Shown in pieces: positions 36,275-42,975 of a DNA stretch of 43,005 nt. Position 1 is the stretch's first letter. The number at the start of each line of letters is the position of its first letter. The DNA is taken from positions 19,364-62,368 of the forward strand of contig CBFHYA010000004.1 in assembly GCA_965659955.1 (NCBI GenBank), read 5' to 3'. The notes under the pieces were generated by a model. The model searched no databases and was not told where the DNA came from. It saw nothing but the letters and a program-made list of their open reading frames with translations. The position numbers and the translations under genes are program-made. The DNA comes from Candidatus Izemoplasmataceae bacterium. Lineage in GTDB: Bacteria; Bacillota_I; Bacilli_A; Izemoplasmatales; Izemoplasmataceae.

Positions 36275-37111
36275 TTACTCCGATTGGTTGGTCTCACGAA
36301 GTGCTTCGAGTTCTTCTTTGAATTGTCTGAACTGTTCAATCAGCTGATCTTTTAATTCTTCGCGAGATTCCGGGGGCACAATATCACCAGCTTCGACCGC
36401 TGCTTCATATTCAGCGATGCGTGCTTCGACAAGTGCTTTAATTTCGTCTTTGATTAAAGAGGCTTCTTCTTCACGTTCAGCTCTATACGCATCAATGCGT
36501 GATTGGAAATTGGCTTGTAAATTTTCTCTAAGCACTTCTGGATCGGTTGCTAAGGCAGCTTCAAAAGTAAGTGTCTCATCGTTTTGCATAGCAGCGCGAA
36601 TCAAAATAATTTGGCCGACCGAAACATCATTGGCTTCGGCTTGTTCACGTATGTCTTCATAGTATTCTGCACCATTTTCCACGGCGGCTTGAATGCCACT
36701 GGTACTTAAGTGCTCGGCAATTTTCGCTTGCACTTCGTTTTGGAAAGCCTCATATCCTGCTTCCGCTTCTTGCGTAATGGTGATCACAACGACATTATCG
36801 GTGCGGGTGACATCGACGTAGCCGGTTTCAATGGCAGCATCTAGGAACAGTGCTAATGCGTCATCATATGTTAACCCGATAAAGGTTAAGTCAGCTGCCA
36901 CGATTTCGGCATCTTCATTCGAGAGAACATATCCGGTAATCACACCGTCTTCGTCCAGGGTGAATGTAATGGATGGATTTATGTCCACTGTAATAAATGT
37001 GGAGGCGTCTTGGGGATCATACGTGGGAGTTTCATTGGATAAGGTGGGTTCTGCACAGGCAGCTAAAAAGAAAACGGTTAAAAGTGTGAATGCTAAAATT
37101 AGTTTTTTCAT
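36275..37111 (-). CDS. Acidic lipoprotein of unknown function (N-terminal beta-rich part, C-terminal Glu/Ala-rich helical part)
   Basis: Signal peptide MKKLILAFTLLTVFFLAAC with a lipobox. The start at 37111 has an AAAGGA RBS, whereas the upstream Met codons of the ORF track do not. No catalytic motif is present. Confidence 0.6.
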   Translation of the reverse strand: MKKLILAFTLLTVFFLAACAEPTLSNETPTYDPQDASTFITVDINPSITFTLDEDGVITGYVLSNEDAEIVAADLTFIGLTYDDALALFLDAAIETGYVDVTRTDNVVVITITQEAEAGYEAFQNEVQAKIAEHLSTSGIQAAVENGAEYYEDIREQAEANDVSVGQIILIRAAMQNDETLTFEAALATDPEVLRENLQANFQSRIDAYRAEREEEASLIKDEIKALVEARIAEYEAAVEAGDIVPPESREELKDQLIEQFRQFKEELEALRETNQSE

Positions 37112-37196
37112 AAGTATCCTTTCTTTCATCTTTATTATATGCCTCTCTGTCATAGACTTCAAGTAAATGACTCTGAGATAACTGGAGGTTTTACAG

Positions 37197-37225
37197 TTGC
37201 AATTATATACCCTATGGGGTATAAT
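37197..37225 (+). promoter_or_regulatory. Promoter of the csoR-like/reductase operon (TTGCAA - 17 nt - TATAAT)
   Basis: -35 at 37197-37202 and -10 at 37220-37225 with exact 17-nt spacing. The ATG at 37255 is preceded by a TAGGAG RBS. Confidence 0.55.
37207..37222. promoter_or_regulatory. CsoR-type operator: inverted repeat ATACCC-TATG-GGGTAT overlapping the -10 region
   Basis: Perfect 6-bp arms with a 4-nt spacer. This matches the G/C-tract-in-AT-context operators (ATACCC...GGGTAT) recalled for the CsoR family. It lies inside the spacer/-10 of the promoter of the adjacent CsoR-family gene. Confidence 0.6.
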
Positions 37226-37254
37226 TACAATGGTTAAACTTTAGGAGAAACATT

Positions 37255-37506
37255 ATGATATGTGACCAAAATGTTAAAAATCGTATTAAGCGAGCGCAAG
37301 GCCAAATGAGCGGCGTTTTAAATATGATGGAAAATAATCTTGCCTGTGAAGATATTATTACACAACTCAAAGCCATTCGGTCGAGTATTGATAAAGCGAT
37401 TGGCGTGCTGACTGCGGATAATATTTTGCAAGCACTCGATTTTGAATCGGACCTAGATAAAGAGACGCTTCAAGAAGCCCTCAATTTAGTCATCAAAGGC
37501 CGGTAG
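37255..37506 (+). CDS. CsoR/RcnR/FrmR (DUF156) family transcriptional repressor
   Basis: 83 aa with the family signature RIKRAQGQ..GV..M.E....CEDI..Q..A....I. Confidence 0.85.
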   Translation: MICDQNVKNRIKRAQGQMSGVLNMMENNLACEDIITQLKAIRSSIDKAIGVLTADNILQALDFESDLDKETLQEALNLVIKGR

Positions 37507-37518
37507 AAAGGAGATACT

Positions 37519-38487
37519 ATGTTTGATTTTGCCGTGGAAGCAAAGTCCGAAAAATCACTTTTTGAATCGCAAAAACATTTCGATTTTGCGGTCATTGGGG
37601 GCGGCCCAGCGGGCATGAATGCCGCGCTTTATGCCATCCGTAAAGGTTTATCGGTGGCTGTCTTCTCTTTAGAAATAGGCGGACAACTTCACAACACCAG
37701 TGAAGTAGACAATTATATAGGGATTGAAAATACCACCGGCGGGAAGCTATCTGAAGCATTCCACCATCATGTGTTAGAACTTGGTGTACCCATTAAAACT
37801 GGGCACCTTGTCACAAAACTGGAAAAACCCGATGATTTTCACATTACCTTAGATAACAATGAGGTTTATACAGCCAAGACCGTCCTTTATGCAACGGGCG
37901 GTGCGCCAAGGAAACTCGGGGTTCCAGGTGAGGAAGAATTCGCGAATAAAGGGGTATCATATTGCACCACGTGTGATGCACCCTTCTTCAAAAACGAACA
38001 CGTCATTGTGGCGGGTGGAGGCAATAGTGCTGCTGAATCCGTCGTTGACCTCGCGGCATGGGCGTCCAAAATTACGGTGGTTCACCGGTCTCAGTGGCGG
38101 GCCGATCAGATCATACTTGATCAGTTCAAAAACATTGAGGGACTGGAAATCAATTTAGAAACCCAGATTTTAGAAATTTTTGGAGATACGAAAATGCGGG
38201 GGGTCAGAGTCCTAGACAAACCTTCGGGTGAAGAACGTGTCATTGAAGCCGATGGGATGTTTGTGGAAATCGGTAATATCCCCAAAAGCGCGTTACTGAA
38301 AGGCCTTGTTGACTTAAACGAACAAGGCGAAGTGATCGTATCACGCGATCAAGAAACGTCACTCCCTGGCCTCTATGCAGCTGGTGATGTTACCACACAA
38401 CCGTATAAACAAATCATTATTTCTGCCTCGGAAGGTGCCGTTGCGGCCCTGGCAGCGACCCAATATTTAATGCATCATAAAAATTAA
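37519..38487 (+). CDS. Thioredoxin-reductase-fold flavoprotein disulfide reductase, AhpF C-terminal-module-like
   Basis: FAD motif VIGGGPAGMNAA, redox CTTC (YCTTCDAPFF), NAD(P)H motif VAGGGNSAAE, and C-terminal AAGDVT..PYKQIIIS..EGA.AAL closely resembling AhpF. Confidence 0.88.
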   Translation: MFDFAVEAKSEKSLFESQKHFDFAVIGGGPAGMNAALYAIRKGLSVAVFSLEIGGQLHNTSEVDNYIGIENTTGGKLSEAFHHHVLELGVPIKTGHLVTKLEKPDDFHITLDNNEVYTAKTVLYATGGAPRKLGVPGEEEFANKGVSYCTTCDAPFFKNEHVIVAGGGNSAAESVVDLAAWASKITVVHRSQWRADQIILDQFKNIEGLEINLETQILEIFGDTKMRGVRVLDKPSGEERVIEADGMFVEIGNIPKSALLKGLVDLNEQGEVIVSRDQETSLPGLYAAGDVTTQPYKQIIISASEGAVAALAATQYLMHHKN

Positions 38488-38497
38488 GGAGATAAAC

Positions 38498-39142
38498 ATG
38501 GAAAAATTATTGAATGAAGAAGTCACCAAACAAGTTAAAGAATATTTAAACCCGATGCAAGAATCAGTAACAATGGTTCTTTTCACCCAAGAAGGCGCCT
38601 GTAATACGTGCCAAGAAACGCGTCAGCTTTTAAGTGAAGTTGCCGCCCTCACTGACAAACTCACTTTAGTCGAAAAAGATCTCAATAAAGACGCCGCTCT
38701 CGCCGAAGAATACGGCGTGACTATGACCCCAAGTTTTGTCATGCTTGATAAAGATGACACTTACAAAGGCGTCAAATTTAATGGTATCCCAGCTGGTCAT
38801 GAAATCAACTCATTCTTATCGGCCTTGATGGATATGTCCGGCATTGACTTTGGTTTGGCTGAAACCATCGGCAATCGTTTAGATAAACTGGATAAACCCG
38901 TTAACATTAAAGTCTTTGTGACATTATCTTGCCCGCATTGCCCGGGGGCGGTATCCAATGCCCACCGTTTAGCGATGAGCCATCCACACATTGAAAGTGA
39001 AATGATCGAAGCGCAAACCTTTGGGGAGCTTTCCCAAAAATTCAATGTTTCCGGCGTCCCCAAAATCATCATCAACGATGAACACGAACTGGTCGGCAAT
39101 CAACCCATCCAAGAATACTTAAAAACCATCGAAGCCTTGTAA
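38498..39142 (+). CDS. Two-thioredoxin-fold protein disulfide oxidoreductase (PDO / glutaredoxin-like; AhpF N-terminal-domain-like) with two CxxC sites
   Basis: 214 aa with a first fold carrying CNTC and a second carrying CPHC. FNGIPAGHEINSF and TLSCPHCP align with the AhpF NTD blocks (F.G.P.GHEF.S; SLSC.NCP). Confidence 0.8.
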   Translation: MEKLLNEEVTKQVKEYLNPMQESVTMVLFTQEGACNTCQETRQLLSEVAALTDKLTLVEKDLNKDAALAEEYGVTMTPSFVMLDKDDTYKGVKFNGIPAGHEINSFLSALMDMSGIDFGLAETIGNRLDKLDKPVNIKVFVTLSCPHCPGAVSNAHRLAMSHPHIESEMIEAQTFGELSQKFNVSGVPKIIINDEHELVGNQPIQEYLKTIEAL

Positions 39143-39150
39143 TTCATCTA

Positions 39151-39177
39151 AACCACCCTCATTGGGTGGTTTTTTTT
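39151..39177 (+). terminator. Rho-independent terminator of the reductase operon
   Basis: Stem AACCACCC/GGGTGGTT with a 5-nt loop, followed by a T8 run. Confidence 0.75.
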
Positions 39178-39180
39178 AGC

Positions 39181-39206
39181 AAAAAAAAAGACACCCTCAG
39201 GTATCT
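39181..39206 (-). terminator. Rho-independent terminator after the tRNA-Val/tRNA-Leu pair
   Basis: Minus-strand stem AGAUACC/GGUGUCU (one G-U pair) with a 4-nt loop, followed by a U9 run, 4 nt after the tRNA-Leu CCA end. Confidence 0.55.
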
Positions 39207-39210
39207 AGAT

Positions 39211-39297
39211 TGGTGCGAATGGGGGGATTTGAACCCCCACAGCCTTGCGGCCACATGGCCCTCAACCATGCGCGTCTACCAGTTCCGCCACACTCGC
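39211..39297 (-). tRNA. tRNA-Leu (anticodon GAG), class II with a long variable arm, CCA encoded
   Basis: The RC folds as acceptor GCGAGTG/CATTCGC, anticodon stem CATGG/CCATG with loop TTGAGGG, variable arm TGGCCGCAAGGCTGT and T-arm GGGGG-TTCAAAT-CCCCC, ending ACCA. Confidence 0.93.
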
Positions 39298-39300
39298 AGG

Positions 39301-39375
39301 TGGTGGAGAATGACGGATTCGAACCATCGACCCCTTGCACGTCAAGCAAGTGCTCTCCCACTGAGCTAATCCTCC
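39301..39375 (-). tRNA. tRNA-Val (anticodon GAC), CCA encoded
   Basis: RC: GGAGGAT-TA-GCTC-AGTGGGA-GAGC-A-CTTGC-TTGACGT-GCAAG-GGGTC-GATGG-TTCGAAT-CCGTC-ATTCTCC-ACCA, a full cloverleaf. Confidence 0.93.
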
Positions 39376-39390
39376 ACAGCTGCAAAAAAC

Positions 39391-39420
39391 ATTGTATCTT
39401 AAAAACGCCCTTGGTGTCAA
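39391..39420 (-). promoter_or_regulatory. Strong sigma-A promoter for the tRNA-Val/Leu pair (TTGACA - 18 nt - TACAAT)
   Basis: The RC of 39415-39420 is TTGACA and the RC of 39391-39396 is TACAAT. The tRNA-Val 5' end lies about 15 nt downstream. Confidence 0.6.
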
Positions 39421-39434
39421 GATATTGTGGGGGT

Positions 39435-40793
39435 TTATTCGCTGCTTTGAGTCGCTTGTTTAAAGCGGAAAAGCGTGTATGGCACCAATATGAATACGGC
39501 ACTCCAGTTAACGATTACGATCCCCCACCATACGCCAGAGACACCGTACCCTAAAACGCCACCTAAAAGATAAAAGATAACCGCAGGGAAAAGCTGGCGG
39601 TACACGCCAATGACAACGGAAAAGCCTGGACGTTTGATGGCTTGGAGTGTGGAGACAGCGATATTTAAGAAAATATAGGACGTAAACCCTACGGTGGCAA
39701 TCCGTAAATAATTGACACCTATTTCAACCACCGTTGCATCATCCACAAATAATGGCATCAATATTGGCGCCATGACAAAGACGATGCCCATGGCGGACCC
39801 CATAATGATTAATCCAATGGTTCCGGTTTTTTGAATGGTTTCTCGCATGCGGTGAAAGGCCTTCGCTCCATAGTTTTGAGCAACAATGGAAAGCGCCGCA
39901 ATATTTAGGCCAATCGTCGGTAAAAAGATCAATTGTTCAATTCTTAAAGCAGCCCCATACGCGGCCACCGCCTGATCGCCACCGTAAAGGACTGCGAAAT
40001 AGTTAATCACAAAAACCCCCAGCGCGATGGTCGCATTGGAAAGTGAAACGGGGATGGCTTGTTTAGTAATTAGTCCTTGAAAGCGCCATGAGAGTTTGGC
40101 GGATTTGAATTTGGCCCATTCAAAATAATCAGACTTTAAAAGCTGCGTAAACAAATACACCGTGCCAATGGCTTGAACAATGATGGTGGCTAAGGCGACT
40201 CCCAAGGTAGATAGTCTTGGTAAACCAAACCAGCCAAAGATAAACAGCGGATTTAAAATGATATTCAGTAAAAATCCTAAGATTAAGAAATTACGGAAAG
40301 GTTTCGTATTGCCTTCGGCACTTAAGATACCGTTCATCAGATAATTGAACGCAAAGAAAATGGCTCCCAGATAAATGGTTCTCGTATAAAGAATACCCAA
40401 TCTTAAGGTTTCTTCCGTTGCCCCCATAAACGCAAATAGAAAGGGAACAAGAAATACCCCGAGGGTCGCAAAAAGAATGGATAAACCAATCGTAAGCACC
40501 CAACCGTTTTTAATGATGTCATGATACTCATCAAACTTCTTCTTTCCAATGTCGTTCGCTGACAAGGCCGTCATGGCCTGCGATACACCACTTGTTAAAG
40601 CGAGCACCATAAAGAAAATGGGAAATGACAAAGATAATCCAGCCAACGCTTCAGTGGATAAACGCCCAACATACAGCGTATCCACGACATTAAAGAGGGT
40701 ATTAAATAAAAAACCGACCGAAGCCGGGATGGCGATGACTTTAATATGATTTAATATATTGCCTTGCGTGAGATCACGAGAATTTTTTTCCAT
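39435..40793 (-). CDS. MATE family efflux transporter (NorM-like)
   Basis: 452 aa, 12 TM, with N-terminal ..L.HI..IAIPA..G.L.NTLFNVVDT..VGRL and an internal two-fold repeat typical of MATE. Confidence 0.88.
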   Translation of the reverse strand: MEKNSRDLTQGNILNHIKVIAIPASVGFLFNTLFNVVDTLYVGRLSTEALAGLSLSFPIFFMVLALTSGVSQAMTALSANDIGKKKFDEYHDIIKNGWVLTIGLSILFATLGVFLVPFLFAFMGATEETLRLGILYTRTIYLGAIFFAFNYLMNGILSAEGNTKPFRNFLILGFLLNIILNPLFIFGWFGLPRLSTLGVALATIIVQAIGTVYLFTQLLKSDYFEWAKFKSAKLSWRFQGLITKQAIPVSLSNATIALGVFVINYFAVLYGGDQAVAAYGAALRIEQLIFLPTIGLNIAALSIVAQNYGAKAFHRMRETIQKTGTIGLIIMGSAMGIVFVMAPILMPLFVDDATVVEIGVNYLRIATVGFTSYIFLNIAVSTLQAIKRPGFSVVIGVYRQLFPAVIFYLLGGVLGYGVSGVWWGIVIVNWSAVFILVPYTLFRFKQATQSSE

Positions 40794-40799
40794 AAATTT

Positions 40800-40808
40800 A
40801 GTGTATCA
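40800..40808 (-). promoter_or_regulatory. Extended -10-like element TGATACACT 6 nt upstream of the MATE ATG, suggesting a possibly leaderless mRNA
   Basis: The RC of 40800-40808 is TGATACACT, followed by AAATTT and then ATG (40793). There is no Shine-Dalgarno in the 45-nt spacer. Confidence 0.35.
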
Positions 40809-40838
40809 CTCAAATCGATTATTTAGGGATTAATGCGT

Positions 40839-41549
40839 TTAGTCACGCATATAAATGTTAATGAGGTCTTCTGGGCTGATAATCCCGAGCATGGTCTCAG
40901 TCGGTTTTCCATTTTCGGTCACAATGACCAATTCTAAGCGTTTATCATCCGTCGTTAAAAATTCAGAAAACCGATCCGCAATATCGTCGAGCGTATCGTG
41001 CCGGCTGACAAACGTGTATTGATGAGTCGGATGATCTTTGAGATATAAATAATCTTGGAAGTCTAGAAGCTGAGATTCCAAAGTGACATTCAAAGTCTTC
41101 GAGTCTAATAACGCATAAAATAAAGTACTTTCATTAAACATGCCGATACACCGGTCACGCTCAATGACGGGTAAATTTTGAAACCGGTTTTTCTGCATGA
41201 TTCTAGCCGCTTTTTCTAAAGAATCTTCCAGATACAGTTTTTCTACATTCTGATAAGGCGTCATTTGATGCTCGGCCTTTAACGGATTTAGAATGCGTTC
41301 AGCCACCTTAGCAAACTGAGCCGCGAAGTCCGGTGAAATGATGGCCACGTCTTCTTTATGAGACAGTAAATTACGCAGTTGAGCCGCGTTTTCTAAGATG
41401 CGTTGGTGATACGAAGATTTAAATACGCGCCGACTCGACCGGTAAACCATTTCATTAAAAGAGACATGATCGCGTTCGGATAGCTTGAGTTCAATCCTAA
41501 GGGAAAGTTCGAGTTGTTTAAACGTGTCTAAAAAAGCATCATTTGTCAT
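40839..41549 (-). CDS. HEPN-like (Rx4H, Swt1-type) N-terminal domain fused to a CBS-pair domain
   Basis: Residues about 1-95 are helical and contain AAQLRNLLSHKED (an R-N-x3-H HEPN nuclease motif). Residues about 96-236 form two CBS repeats (...NLPVIERDRCIGMFNES...; ...LVIVTENGKPTETMLGIISPEDLI). An AAGGAG RBS is present. Confidence 0.65.
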   Translation of the reverse strand: MTNDAFLDTFKQLELSLRIELKLSERDHVSFNEMVYRSSRRVFKSSYHQRILENAAQLRNLLSHKEDVAIISPDFAAQFAKVAERILNPLKAEHQMTPYQNVEKLYLEDSLEKAARIMQKNRFQNLPVIERDRCIGMFNESTLFYALLDSKTLNVTLESQLLDFQDYLYLKDHPTHQYTFVSRHDTLDDIADRFSEFLTTDDKRLELVIVTENGKPTETMLGIISPEDLINIYMRD

Positions 41550-41568
41550 AAGAACTCCTTAAATTAAG

Positions 41569-41642
41569 CGTTCCGGGAGGGATTCGAACCCCCGACCTGC
41601 AGCTTAGGAAGCCGTTGCTCTATCCTACTGAGCTACCGGAAC
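41569..41642 (-). tRNA. tRNA-Arg (anticodon CCU), no encoded CCA
   Basis: RC: GTTCCGG-TA-GCTC-AGTAGGATA-GAGC-A-ACGGC-TTCCTAA-GCTGC-AGGTC-GGGGG-TTCGAAT-CCCTC-CCGGAAC-G. The anticodon stem has an A27:C43 mismatch and a G-U pair. The 3' flank is CTT. Confidence 0.88.
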
Positions 41643-41671
41643 GTAATTTCATTATACTTACCCTTTGACAT

Positions 41672-41693
41672 AAAAAAAAGACCCGAGGGTCTC
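41672..41693 (-). terminator. Short hairpin plus U8 immediately after tRNA-Gly, a likely terminator separating it from tRNA-Arg(CCU)
   Basis: The minus strand reads AGACC-CUCG-GGUCU followed by UUUUUUUU. A TATAAT box (RC of 41651-41656) follows, 9 nt before the tRNA-Arg(CCU) 5' end. Confidence 0.45.
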
Positions 41694-41767
41694 TGGAGCG
41701 ATAGAGGGGAATCGAACCCCCGTCTTCACCGTGGGAGGGTGACGTTCTACCATTGAACCACTACCGC
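41694..41767 (-). tRNA. tRNA-Gly (anticodon CCC), CCA encoded
   Basis: RC: GCGGTAG-TG-GTTC-AATGGTA-GAAC-G-TCACC-CTCCCAC-GGTGA-AGAC-GGGGG-TTCGATT-CCCCT-CTATCGC-TCCA. Confidence 0.92.
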
Positions 41768-41774
41768 ACGAAGA

Positions 41775-41851
<77 letters not shown>

Positions 41852-41901
41852 ACAAGCTTTAATATTATAGACCAACTTGGCCTTCAAGTAAACACACGCA
41901 T

Positions 41902-41927
41902 AAAAAAAACCTAGGAAATTCCTAGGT
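41902..41927 (-). terminator. Rho-independent terminator of the fur-family gene
   Basis: Stem ACCTAGG/CCTAGGT with a 5-nt loop overlaps the TAG stop, followed by a T8 run on the minus strand. Confidence 0.6.
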
Positions 41928-42398
41928 TAAGTGGGCTACGTGGCAAGCGCTTGTGATTTTGCATGATTTTGGGTCGTAATTGGGGCATTCCCCTTCGACC
42001 ACAATTTGCATCTTAGATATGTTGAAGCCTTTAAATATTTCATGGTTTTTAATCAACTCAAATAAGTCTTTATCATCAATTTCAACGATTTTGTTGTTCA
42101 CCGAACATGATAAGTGGATGTGTTGGTCTGCGGAGTGATGGCTTTTTTCACCGGCAACCAAGTCATAATGTTTTTTTCCCTTAATGTAAACTTCAGCGAT
42201 GACTTTTTGCTCCATCAAAACGTCGAGATTATTATAAATCGTCCCCAGGTTTTTATAGCCTCTTTCTTTCATGGCTAAGTGCAGCTCATAAAGCGTTAAG
42301 TGATTTCCATTTAACGCATCAATGATCGCCCGGCGTTGCTGGGTGACCCGAATATTTTTATCCCGCAAGCGGTTGTAAAGCTCTTCAATGGGTTTCAT
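41922..42398 (-). CDS. Fur-family metalloregulator (Fur/PerR/Zur type)
   Basis: 158 aa with a winged-helix N-terminus (R.T.QR..I...L) and the dimerisation/metal domain H-cluster SHHSADQHIHLSC. Confidence 0.82.
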   Translation of the reverse strand: MKPIEELYNRLRDKNIRVTQQRRAIIDALNGNHLTLYELHLAMKERGYKNLGTIYNNLDVLMEQKVIAEVYIKGKKHYDLVAGEKSHHSADQHIHLSCSVNNKIVEIDDKDLFELIKNHEIFKGFNISKMQIVVEGECPNYDPKSCKITSACHVAHLT

Positions 42399-42474
42399 AT
42401 TATCACCTAATGCTAGTTTATCATTTTTCTAAATAAGAAAAAAGGAATTCGTAATACAACTTTTTAATCTGTAT

Positions 42475-42498
42475 TAAAAAAGCCCTCTATTGAGAGCC
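42475..42498 (-). terminator. Probable terminator after coaD, overlapping its stop codon
   Basis: Minus-strand stem GGCUCUC/GAGGGCU (with G-U pairs) and a 4-nt loop, followed by a U6 run. Confidence 0.4.
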
Positions 42499-42975
42499 TT
42501 TTTTCATTTTTTCCAACATTTTTTTAGCCGCATAGGGTGGTAAAAAAGCCGAAATATCGCCGCCAAACTGGGCGATTTCTTTTACGGCTGAAGATCTCAA
42601 GAAGGCGTGTTGGTTATCGGTCATGAAAAAGATTGTATCGATGGATTTATCTAAAACGCGGTTTGCATTGGTCAATTGAAACTCATAATCAAAGTCGGTG
42701 AGGGCTCTTAAACCTCTGACAATATGCGTCGCATTCATCTCTTTGGCCTTTTGAACGGTCAAGACTTGATTTATAATGATTTCGATTTGTGGATGCTTTT
42801 TTAAAACTTCTTCGAGAATATCTTGGCGCTCACTCGCAGTAAAGAGCGTCTTTTTTTCGGGGTTCACACTGATTACAATGTAGAGTTTATCAAAGATTTT
42901 TAAGGCCCGCTCGATGATATCTAAGTGGCCGTTGGTAATGGGATCAAAGCTCCCCGGGTACAGGGCAATTTTCAT
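42487..42975 (-). CDS. coaD: Phosphopantetheine adenylyltransferase
   Basis: 162 aa with the N-terminal YPGSFDPITNGHLDII nucleotidyltransferase (T/H-x-G-H) motif. Confidence 0.94.
   Translation of the reverse strand: MKIALYPGSFDPITNGHLDIIERALKIFDKLYIVISVNPEKKTLFTASERQDILEEVLKKHPQIEIIINQVLTVQKAKEMNATHIVRGLRALTDFDYEFQLTNANRVLDKSIDTIFFMTDNQHAFLRSSAVKEIAQFGGDISAFLPPYAAKKMLEKMKKGSQ

Noticed and set aside
39166-39554. Three overlapping ORFs of 67-114 aa (39166..39369 +, 39197..39502 -, 39210..39554 +).
   Set aside because: They run straight through the tRNA-Leu and tRNA-Val genes, their promoter and the MATE 3' end. The region is fully explained by cloverleaf-folding tRNAs. The ORFs have no RBS.
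42399-42486. A Fur/PerR box for autoregulation upstream of the fur-family gene.
   Set aside because: Only weak partial matches occur (TGATAAACTAGCATTA). There is no convincing 7-1-7 inverted repeat, so no operator was called.
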